NCBI RefSeq assembly: GCF_964355755.1
Contig: NC_092670.1
Coordinates: 22,554,795-22,618,794 of the forward strand
Source: Antedon mediterranea
Taxonomy: Eukaryota; Animalia; Echinodermata
Direction of reading: 5' to 3'
DNA: 64,000 nt
Shown piece after piece: positions 38,001 to 47,825 of this stretch (position 1 is the first letter of the stretch; every line of letters starts with the position of its first letter). Made by a program: the position numbers and the translations under genes. The notes under the pieces were generated by a model. The model was not told the origin of the DNA and did not search any database. It saw nothing but the letters and a program-made list of their open reading frames with translations.

Positions 38001-41000
38001 AGGTCATCAAAGGTCAAAACGAAGCATTGAAAATTATGGTCAAGAGTCGGAACAAGAAGAAAACCTTGTTACCGTCGGAGGATCGTTTTCAGTACCAATG
38101 AACTCGATTAATTTACGCAACTCGGCATTTACAAAACTGAGTGAAAATCCAGTTGTCTTCACCTTCATGACCTGCTGTCTGTGTGCGTATATTGTTATCA
38201 TTATTTGGGCGCGCAAAGAAGATAAACGAGATGTCGCAAGGGTAAGATATGAGACAAAATTGATAATGCATTTACTTTTTAGTATAATAATATCATGAGC
38301 TTTCATGGGATATTTTAACATTGGATGATTTAATTTTTTTTTTTTAATCTGGGTCTTATACTTTGGCTGTCTTAGATCAGGTATTTTGACAGAGTTAACA
38401 TTGTTGTTATTACAGGCTGGCATTACTCCAATGTCTGATAACGACCCAAGACATACGTACAAGTACGAGATCACAATATTCACCGGGGTGAGAAGACAGT
38501 CTTCTACCACTGCCAATGTTTCCTTCATCCTTCAAGGTGAGAAAGGTGAAACAGGCATCCGTATCATCAAAGATAAGAAACGACCAATCCTTCAACGAAG
38601 CGGGATTGATTCATTTCTGATGACTGTACAGCAGACATTAGGTACGCTGGTGCACCTTCGAATCTGGCATGATAACACTGGTCATAGTCCGCAATGGTTC
38701 TTGAGCCGTGTGTCTGTTAAGGACATTCAAACCAATAGAACGTATTACTTTATGTTGGATCGATGGCTAGCCCTAGAGGAAGATGATGGCCAGGTTAGTA
38801 CAGTCAACATTCATGAAAAACTCTTGCAAATGTGTTATTTCTTCCTACCACAGAAGAACCCTAATACCTGGAAACATGATACTTGACCCATTCATTGAGG
38901 AATTGACTTTATATAAAGTTTTATTTCTTCTGCTTATTACTTGCATTCTTTTACCTTTATTTCAAGATTGTAATCGAACACAATGCTTATTTTTTGTCTA
39001 TATTTCAGATTGAGCGTATAGTACCGACTGCAGGGCAGAGTGAACTAACAAGTTTTGGGCATTTATTTCACAGTCGGACTAGGCGAAACATTACAGATAG
39101 TCACCTTTGGGTGTCGGTTTTTATGCGTCCTCCGAAAAGCAACTTCACCAGGTGTCAAAGAACCACATGCTGTTTGTCACTTCTCTTTTGTACTATGATG
39201 GCCAACATTCTTTTTTATGGCATCGATATCACAGCAAATGAATCTTCTTCGTTTTCGTTTGGACCAGTTAGTTTCTCAACAGGTCAACTCGTTATTGGTA
39301 TTATCAGCACATTGATGGTGTTCCCGATAAATCTGATTATCGTTCAACTATTTCGTCTTTCGCGTCCGAGACTAAAAAAAAAACGTGGTTGTTGTAAACG
39401 AAATGACGTAGAAAAAGCAAGATTCAAGCCGCAAAGTTTCAAAACATCCAGTATTTCTTCGAAAGAGGATCTCAGATTACAACGAGATCTGTTAGAATCA
39501 AGCATCAATGGTGAAAATGTCAAAGGTGAAAGTCCATCTAGATCTGAAGTCGGTACATCTCGTGTTGAATTATATGTACCATCTAAAATGAAAGAAAGAC
39601 GCAAGTCATCGTTACCACTACCTTGGTGGTGTAAATATGTTGCATGGGCATTGGCTTGGATGACGATTGGATTGGCGTTTTGGCTCACCATAGAAGTTGC
39701 TGGAGAGTTTGGATCAAAGAAGGCTGGCGAATGGGTCGTAACAATGTCTATATCACTAACTCAAGATATCTTCATCAACCAACCAATAAAGGTAACTTTT
39801 ACTTTATTCTCATTATCTCAGCTTCAGATGGGACATACAAGGTCATTTAGGCATCATGCAAAAGTGTTTACAATTAAAAATAGAAATTGAAGGTAAAATA
39901 ATTAATTAATTAAGATTAACATTACTATTAGTCTTACAAATTAAAGCATATGTGAAACCACAACAAAATGAAACTTTATTTCTATAAATATGTACTATTT
40001 GTTAATATTTTTGACAGGTATTGCTGTTGGCCACATTCTACTCCCTCGTAATCAAAAGTCCAGACAAAGAAGACGATGAATTAACAAATGTGCAGCTAGA
40101 GAATGACGAAGAGTTTTTGCATGATGAGCAATTGAAGGAGGAAGACCTTGACGACCCCAGTAAGCTGGAGGAGTTCGAAAAGAAGCGAATGGCAGAAGTA
40201 GCAAGTGCACTTCCCCCAGATCAAGATGAGATTAGAGATCAAAGAGATATTAGGTCAGATTTGTTTGTTTTTTTTCTAGTTCATACACAAATTCTATAAG
40301 ACTGCTTGATAATTGAAATTGTGAATTGGAAGTTAGATTTTTGCCTACCACCCTTGATTCAGATTCTGTCTGATTCTAGGACTTTTTAAAAAAAAAATCC
40401 TCTTGTATGATGATTAATATGATTATATTATTAATTATTATACTGTAGGATGAAAGAAATTAAGATGCATGAGATACTGAAAGAAATCACAGTTTATGCT
40501 GTGTTTTTATGTCTGTTGATGGGAGTTGCATTTGGAAACATTGGTAAAGATAATTACTCTCTTCGTGCTTCGATGGTGCAGACATTTGTAAAAGCCTCTT
40601 ACAATGGAAAAATGCATTTTACCAAGGTTTCAACACGTGATTATTTCTGGAACTACACCAACAATGTGTTTCTGCCAAGCCTGTATGCTGGCGTCTCCTA
40701 CAATGGTCAAGCAGACCCTAAGAGTGCTGTGGAGCACCTGGTAGCTGATCGTACCTCATCGTTGACTTCTGTAGCAAGGCTTAGACAGCTCAGGGTTAAA
40801 GATGGTATATCATTTTTTTTAACATAGGCGAAAGAAAAGTTTAAGATTAACGGATAGCTCAGGGTATAAAATGTCTATTACTATAGAATATACATCTTTG
40901 CAACAATCTCCTGTTCATACTAGAAAAAAGTCCTGAACACTTGTTCTGATTCACCTAATTCACCAAAAGTGGTATTATCAATACTGTTTGAAACAATAAA

Positions 41001-44000
41001 CATGTTAAACCCGGACCTACTCACTTATATTGCTAATATGCCATGTTGCATCCAATTGCAAACCAAGCACTAACAATTCTAGTACTTAAAACCCACTGCT
41101 TCACTTCTTTTTTTGGTTGGTTTTAAGTACTAGAATTTTTAGTGCTTGGTTTCCAATTGGATGCAACACAATGGTATAAATAGCAATATAAGTGAGTTGA
41201 CCGATCATAAATGAAAGTTCGGCTGATTAACTTGTGTAGAGCTACATACAGGTACTTGTCTTTCTGGGAACCAAACTTAAAGATATATCAGATTCATTTT
41301 CACTGTGTATGTAAAACACTGTGTAATATAAAATATTTAGATGTATACTCAGTGATTGTTTGAATATATAAGTGATAGAGAATCTTTATCACAGCAGGTT
41401 CATACTGTAAGGTGAAAAAGAAGAAATCTCAGGGTGCACTTTTATCAAGCTCATTTCAAGTTTTTATGTATTTCCTTTTCATCTCTTTCTGATTTTTTAA
41501 ATATTTTACTGATGATAAATATAGGTATAATTAATTTGATTTATAGGTGTACCAGAATGAAAACAAAAACTATTCCCAATAATTTGCATTTGTATTATTT
41601 TACCAGATGCCTGTGTTGTTTCTTCACCAATGCACATGCTTATTGATAATTGTCGACCTGAGTACAGCTCCGCATCTGAAGATACCAGACATTTTAATGA
41701 ACATTGGATTCCACTGAAGAACCAAACACGTAAGTTTAAATGTTATATTTTCATAACTTGAGTAGCGAGAATTGCCCTTTAAAAATTCTCCCATCTTCTG
41801 AATACGAAGATACGGCTTTACCACGTTGAAACACCGGTTCTCGTCAGATCACCGAAGTTAAGCGATGTTGGGCCTGGTTAGAGCTTGGATGGGAGACCAT
41901 CTGGGAATAACGGGTGCTGTATATGGAGCTGGGGTCCCGTTAGGCATTTGAAATCAGCACTGCTGGCAGCCCCTGCATCTAGTATCTGCCTCAGACTTCT
42001 GGTCAAGGTGGGCACTGGACGAGAGAAGCCCTTGATCAATGTTAGGACCAATCAAGGTGCTTTAAACAGTCCTGGCTTTGTTTGCATCAAACCTGTTAGT
42101 GGCGGTAATTATCGCTGTTGGTTTCGATTGAATAAAATAAAAATAAAATAAAATACTACTTAAGCAAAATATGTGTGTAATTGGTGAATGGTCACTATAG
42201 TTAGTGACGTCTGAATTTAGTATTGAATTTATGTGTGGGTGTTTAAGCAGTGTTCAAAATTTAAGTGATATTTTTTGTAATGCCAAATTATTCTCTATAA
42301 AATTCTAATTTGTGGGCTGTCAAATGAGATTCTGTTTTTTTATTGACTTACGCTTTTTATCAAAATTATTTTTAGATCCAACATCATCTGTTGGAAATGA
42401 AAACATGTGGAGATACAAGTCTTGGTATGATCTGGGTTCACTTCCATACTGGGGTACGTATGCCCTGTATAATGGTGGTGGCTATGTTGCTGAACTTGGC
42501 TACACTCTTGATGATGCCTTGGAAATCGCAGAATATCTACGATCTACAAAATGGGTAGATCAACATACAAGAGCGGTGTTTTTCGAGTTTTCAATATTTA
42601 ATCCTTCGACAAATCTGTACGGCGTTGCATATATGATTGCAGAGTTCTTGCCGACTGGAGGTATTACTGGCAGATTTATTTTCTTGATAAATTCTAAAGC
42701 TGCTCTGTCTACACTGTCAAACTTTATGTGACAAAACAAATGTGATGTGCCCATATGATGATGTTATATCACTATCATATTTGGGCATATCACATTTTTT
42801 TTGGTCATTTTGTCAAACTAGTTTGATAGTGTAGACAGAGCAAATTAAATTAAATTTAAATGCTGAGTTCAATTTAAAAACCTGATGCATCTTTCAGAAC
42901 AATAGGAGGCCCCCGGTGTGCTGGTACATCACTTTCCGGTCAAAATTAAGACCAAAAAATGGACAACCTCAGATTCTTACAGCCAATGACAAGTTGATTG
43001 TCAATGTGTTCGCTTCATCTGATCTGTTTTTTCGCATTTATAATTCTGCAATTCCTTTCTATATACTTTACTCTATAGAGATTAATTTTGCTTTACATAA
43101 AAAAATTACTTATTGCAATTCATTTGCTGAGACTTTAAATAATGTTCTTTTATAGGTGCTATACCACATTACAATTTCCATCCTGTTTTATTGGATCGTT
43201 ACTCAAGTGCTGCCAGTTTCTTGGTGATCTTGTGTGAAGTTTGTTTTGCTTTGTTTATTCTTTGGTACCTCTTCAGAGAAATCATGTTATTCAGAAAACA
43301 GAAGTTTAACTACTTCAAAAATGCAAGTAACCTGTTGGAGTTCATTGTTTTGTCGTTATCGTTGATGGCTTTCATTGTGTTCGTCTACCGATATTTCATT
43401 AATGAGAGTCTGTTGGCAAAACGAGAGGAAAACATCCGAGAATTCATGAACTTTCAATTCTTTGGACAGTTGGATCAGGTAAGGATAGCTTGTGTTCTCA
43501 AGCATACCTGCAACTTATTCGGTTATTAGAGAAAGGGTATGTTCATTCGTATGGCGTATTAAGGTGTTGTGTATGCCTTTGCATCTAAACTAGGTAATGA
43601 AGTTGTTAACGCTACTACTGCACAACGTTGGCGTTGTGTATGACATCTGCTGTCCTTATCTTAAATAATGTTATGAAGCTAAATGCCATCATTAAAACTA
43701 CTTTATACAGGAAGGTACCTAAATTAAAATGTATCTGGCTGCAATTTTAACATATTCTCTAACATTGTGGTTAAGGTCACATTAATTTGTCCACAAATTA
43801 AATGTGAATAAAAACAATATTATTATTACACATCGACTGAAATAATAAAAAAACAGTAAAATGAATTTTATATTTTCTAGATATACTACTACATACTGGG
43901 ATTCATTCTGTTCATTTCTACAATCAAGTTTTTAAAATTACTGCGCTTTAACCGTAAAATGCTGATGCTTGCCAATACAATTGGTTCCTGCTACAAAGAG

Positions 44001-45116
44001 TTACTCAACTTTTTTGTTATGTTTGTCATCATATTTGCATCTTATGCATCAGTAGGCTACATGATCTTCTTCACTGGTGTTCAAACATACCGGTCTATCA
44101 TAGGGACAGTTGAGTCTCTGTTCTCTACATTATTAGGTACGTGGTTTATTTTGTTTTTTCTTCAACCAATTCCTTTAATTGGAGTGTCCCCTGAACAAGA
44201 TTTTGCCATAGTGCCCCTCGTTGTTTCACAGGAAAGTGTCCCTTGAAAAGAAGTGTCCCAAAGAAGATTTCTACTTTATCGTTAACAAATACCTTAATTA
44301 TACAATGTATTATAAATGGGTTTGGCAAACTGTATTAGACAGTCTGGGAGGTTATATTGGCAGATTTGAATAATAAATGCAATCACTGAATGGAATGAAA
44401 GTCCTAATGTGTAAACAAATACATAAATGTAATATTTTTTTTTTATTTAAAGGGAAATTTGACTTTGAGGCTATGACACAGACAAACAGGGTCTTGGGAC
44501 CAATATTCTTCTTCAGTTTTATCTTGATGATTGTCTTCATTCTCATGAACATGTTCCTAACGATCATCAATGAGGCTTTTGCAAGGACCAGAGCTGAAAC
44601 AAGTCGCAGACAGAACTCGCTTGAAATCGTTGAGTTTATGATACAACGATTTAAGGTTTGGACAGGTTTTGCGGAAAAAAGAGTTAGAAAAGTGCCTCGT
44701 AGAAAACATACATACATAGAAGGTATGTGATTTGGAGTGTGTGACAACCATCATGAATTTCTGAAATGCAATTTTCATTTATTTTTATTTCGGACTTCAT
44801 GATGTAAATATGGTAGTGATATGACATCATCATGTCCATATATGGGCACATCACATTTTTTTGTCACATAAAGTTTGATGGTGTAGACAGAGCTTTACAT
44901 TTTATAATAAACAGTAGAAATGTTAAACACAAAGCTATCCTTAATGTCTTTTATTATCTGTTATTTTTTTTAGGAGTGGATCCCATTCAGATTGAGTGCG
45001 ATGCCATGAGTCAAAAGTTGCTCCTAATGGTTGACAAACTAAATGACCTTATTCGAAAAGAAAAAGAAGTTCAAGGGTTTGAAAAGAGTACAAAACGTCC
45101 GATATTTGTTGCTTAA
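11060..45116 (+). CDS. Polycystin-1-like (PKD1/REJ family) receptor-channel, paralog B, apparently complete, ~4261 aa
   Basis: 48 phase-consistent exons (12786 nt): 11060-11083, 11247-11289 (signal peptide MRLLNLLQILCMLNCVFS), 11549-12025, 12331-12451, 13293-13498 (WSC), 13987-14137, 14340-14560 (PKD, YDFGD), 15025-15185, 15537-16125, 16366-16559 (PKD, WNFGNG), 16792-16927, 17411-17548, 17963-18123, 18313-18456, 18796-18934, 19300-19598, 19726-19864, 19955-20184, 20641-20773, 20945-21189, 21364-21502 (four F5/8C), 22083-25127 (PKD repeats, REJ start), 29755-29917, 30245-30343, 30590-30771, 30865-31056, 31239-31369, 31654-31813, 32104-32270, 32380-32488, 32770-32801, 33740-33881, 34025-34131, 34779-35025, 35804-35929, 36387-36525, 37328-37520, 37933-38241 (GPS, TM1), 38416-38793 (PLAT), 39009-39791, 40018-40253, 40449-40804, 41607-41729, 42376-42660, 43156-43478, 43881-44136, 44453-44722, 44974-45116. 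The N-terminal exons and the 32770 microexon are less certain. Confidence 0.88.
12790..13131 (+). mobile_element. LINE (L2/CR1-group) 3' end fragment
   Basis: Degraded 'SFNAP...NSLPLDI...SFKFLLKNHLL' RT-ORF C-terminus, then 3' UTR 'gatcagctggatggaccaccctcgtaaaatattgttgaaataaataa', shared with the inverted copy at ~16995-17337. Confidence 0.55.
16995..17337 (-). mobile_element. LINE (L2/CR1-group) 3' end fragment, same family as 12790-13131
   Basis: Minus strand reads 'FNAPSFYNSLPLNIRNSYNFFSFKSLLKN' and ends in 'gatcagct..ctggatggatcaccctcataaaatattgttcaaataaaaataaata'. Confidence 0.55.
20261..20401. mobile_element. Small Harbinger/Tourist-like MITE
   Basis: TIRs agctactttcacat / atgtgaaaacagct flanked by TAA on both sides (20258-20260 and 20402-20404). 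Confidence 0.65.
21575..21925 (+). mobile_element. CR1-type LINE 3' fragment
   Basis: 'ERLSRLGLSLLEDRRSRSDMIETYKIVHGL...TRGHPFKL', then after a frameshift 'RIINTWNSLP...NTFKQKYD', the typical CR1 ORF2 C-terminus. Confidence 0.85.
25170..25614. mobile_element. Non-autonomous TTAA-target DNA transposon (Kolobok-like)
   Basis: TIRs agatgtattgtcc / ggacaatacatct, TTAA on both sides (25166-25169 and 25615-25618); AG...CT termini fit Kolobok better than piggyBac. Confidence 0.75.
26133..27450 (-). mobile_element. Non-autonomous Helitron, unit 1 (intact ends)
   Basis: Minus strand starts TCTATATATAAA (27450) and ends with a hairpin plus CTAG (26133-26169: ctagatggtacgc...gcataccatctag); lies between A and T with no TSD. 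Confidence 0.85.
27653..29095 (-). mobile_element. Non-autonomous Helitron, unit 2 (3' terminator truncated)
   Basis: Same TCTATATATAAA 5' end (29095); ~470 bp at each end homologous to unit 1; the hairpin lacks its distal arm and terminal CTAG at 27653; different internal segment (~28170-28620). Confidence 0.8.
32954..33699. mobile_element. MITE with ~100-bp imperfect TIRs
   Basis: 'catttcggccgccggttatggaacgcccaaattcatgaaactccaaaagggacaaaatatg' is mirrored by 'catattttgtcctttttggcgtttcatgaatttggcaattccataaccggcggctgaaatg'. Confidence 0.75.
34166..34305. mobile_element. Harbinger/Tourist-like MITE (near full length)
   Basis: TIRs agccctgtctaca / tgtagacacagct with TAA/TTA flanks; internal 'gcccatatatggacatgatgatgtcat..ctaccatatttg'. 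Confidence 0.8.
36580..37270. repeat. Local direct duplication of ~200 bp
   Basis: 36580-36800 and 37072-37270 share 'actaagcctgaaaaggccctatgttt..tctgtatgtttt...agagattatataactata...ctagcag.tatagcatctc.atgaataattaaa'. Confidence 0.8.
37526..37622. mobile_element. Harbinger/Tourist-like MITE, partial
   Basis: 'aatatggtagtgatatga.atcatcatgtccatatatgggcacatcacatttt...gtgtagacagagct'. Confidence 0.75.
41019..41197. repeat. Long imperfect palindrome (probable hairpin-type MITE)
   Basis: 'actcacttatattgcta...gttgcatccaattg.aaaccaagcactaa.aattctagtacttaaaacc' and its reverse complement around a ~20-nt loop. Confidence 0.85.
41810..42155 (+). mobile_element. 5S rRNA-derived SINE (SINE3), second body type
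   Basis: 41810-41922 aligns with full-length 5S rRNA (tacggc...gatcaccgaagttaagc...cttggatgggagacc..ctgggaata.cgggtgctgta) with no poly-T terminator, followed by a ~210-bp body and an (AAAAT)n tail. Confidence 0.8.
42698..42841. mobile_element. Harbinger/Tourist-like MITE
   Basis: TIRs gctctgtctacact.tcaaact / agtttgatagtgtagacagagc. Confidence 0.85.
44806..44894. mobile_element. Harbinger/Tourist-like MITE, partial
   Basis: 'aaatatggtagtgatatgacatcatcatgtccatatatgggcacatcac...gtgtagacagagct'. Confidence 0.75.
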
Positions 45117-47008
45117 CGGCTATTGAATATGCCTCTTTTTTGAGAGAGAAGCATATTGTCAAATAAAGCTTTTCTAACAGAAAAGTTAGAAACAGTACAA
45201 TAAAATATTAATTCATTGTAAATATATATATTAGATTCGTAAAGACAAAGATTGTAAGTTTTGTTTTGAAGGGTATTGTACAAGCACACACATGTAGGCA
45301 TGCACAGATGGTTGAAAACTGTATATCTGTGTCTTGTTGTTTAGGTCACAATTCTTGTGAATTCTCCTAAAACTGAATACTCTCATTATGGCTAATGTTC
45401 GGAAACGGATGTATGTTTCGGAACAGAATTTACCTATTTTTCAGATATTTCACAACACCTGACAATTTGGAATAATCTCACTAAAATGATATGCGATTCA
45501 ACGTCAGTTACAAATTGTTTTAAACTCTTAAAAACACCTTTTTCCCTATAGTAAAGTAATTTTCACCAGAAGATCAGTTTTTGTAAAGATATTTGGTCAC
45601 TGTAATAAATGCCAATGTTATGTTAGTCTAGATACCAGAAGTATTTGGCTGTTCACTCCAGACTTTCAGAAGACTGCACATAGTTACCAACCTGAAAGAT
45701 TTGAAATGCATGATAGACTACACATTGAGGGAGGGGGAGTTCGAACACAAAATATTTGAGCCCACGTCACACTGAACAACCATGGAAAAACTATTTGCAT
45801 TTTTTTTTTTTTTATTACACATTTTTGCTATGTATCTATTTTATACTTTTAAAATATACAAATTAATTTTAATGCATTTTCCTCTCAAATAGTAATTAAA
45901 AATTATCACACATAGACAAATATGTGGTCACACATGTTGTTTAAAATGTGTATGCAGGACAATCCTGCACGATGCAAGATGGTTGGTAACTATGCTGCAG
46001 ATTATTAGTTTGCTTTCTACCAAAACAAATGGATTTACAAGTCTGCATACTATTTAAATGTATTCTAAGAGTATAATTAATATTTTGGGCAAATTATTAT
46101 TATTGATGTAAGAAAGCAGTTTGACAAGAAAGTTCAATTGAGAACTTTTACTCCATTTCTTTCATATTTATTATTACATGATGATATAAGTAAACTGCAC
46201 CTGTGATGTAAAATACTTGATTTTGATCAATACTGTGCAATTTCATGATGAATATTATTAGAAGATAGTCAAAATGTTCATTTCCAATAGTAAAATATAA
46301 CAGATTTAAATTAAAACTCTATTCAATACAAATTGCATTCTGATTTTATGAAGAAAAAAACACAGCATTTAATAATGTGGTAGGTTGTCAAGAGTTTGCA
46401 TTTTACATATTATTATAATTCTCTTCTAGCACAAACTTTAAGAAGCCACTAATTTCTGTACTTTGCATTTGTTTTCATTAAAAGTAATTTTAGCAAGCTA
46501 AATAGTAAAAGTTTAATTTGTATCGTTTTACTAGTCAAAATAACCTTTAAAAAGTAATTTTCCATAAGAACTGGTTTGATTATAAAATCCTCAGTTGTTC
46601 ACTTAAGTACTTAACTATCTAGACTAAAGCAAAAAGATTGATAAATGCAATCACACGGTTTTACTCTTCGCTTGGGATTTTGCTTATGCCAACACTATTT
46701 TTCCATGTGCAACCCAAACAAAATTTACAATGTTTATAAATAAAATGTACAAGTAACAAAAGACCAGAATCGTAATACAGTATAATTCAATTATTTATTT
46801 ATATCAATCCGTATCCAGCTTTGAAGTATGTATAACAGATGTTTAATTAACAACAAATGCCATGAAAGTAATAATTTCAGTTCATTCCTTTAAAACATTA
46901 ATGTTTGTCATCTTAAAGGTGTAGTAGACCATTTCAAAACACTTCCAACACAAACAGTCCTAAGCATTCCAAATATTCCTAATTGCTGCATAATTTAGTT
47001 TTCCTAAG

Positions 47009-47565
47009 TTAGATTTTTGTTGGATATGTTCCATTTTCTCTTTGTTCGTCCCATGATTCCACCTGAAATAGAATAATAAATACATTTAAGGTTTGCATGT
47101 AAATTTCATGACGCTTTTTGTCTTTAACAGACAAAGAGTTCATTATGCGGTAACTATGTACTTCAAAGTACTTTACTGTGATTCAATTCAATTCTGGTTA
47201 AAGGCAAGCAGAAACTACCAGTGTTGTCTCCGAACTGAGGGGCTGATCATAGAAGAAAGGTTGCCAGTACTCAATCTGCCTACCCTGTGCTTAGGACATG
47301 CTAAGTTATTCACATCAAAGTTAACGATAATTGGTCCATTAATCCTTTAGACTTAAGGATGTGTGCTTACCCAGCTATTAGGACATAGAGATTGGTAGAC
47401 TCTCTTAAACCATTCACATGGTGCATAATCCTCCCCTTTGATTTTTTGGCACCTGTGAAAATCTACATAATTCTGCCAGCAATTCTTTGTTTGATTTTGA
47501 TTGGGAAATCGTGCATCAAAAGGTGCAGTCTTGTAGTTCTTTATAGCATCCATTACATCAGCCAT
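47009..47565 (-). CDS. COX6B1: Cytochrome c oxidase subunit 6B
   Basis: Exons 47565-47371 and 47062-47009 give 82 aa: [65 protein letters not shown]|[17 protein letters not shown]. An acceptor 9 nt upstream of the ATG implies a non-coding first exon (candidate donor at 50153). Confidence 0.96.
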
Positions 47566-47825
47566 GTTGGATATCTGAAAAAAGAATTACAGTATTTGAT
47601 TAATAATAATAATATCATAATGCATTTTTATTTCAAGAAATTATTTATTTATTAATAGTTTGTATTAATTAGTTATTATTAGATTAGCCTAGTACAGTAC
47701 AGTAGGCATAATAATGTATTTTATTTTATTAACAGGCTTTGTAGAGCTTATTCTATTAAATATTACCCAACTTATTTAGCCTACATATGGCCGGCCTAAC
47801 TTCTCTTGTTTAGGATGACTATGAC

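Noticed and set aside
41810-41922. Functional 5S rRNA gene
   Set aside because: Single intronic copy without terminator, followed by a body and A-rich tail.
21889-44778. Numerous minus-strand ORFs overlapping polycystin exons
   Set aside because: Antisense shadows of coding exons, with no recognisable motifs or splice structure.
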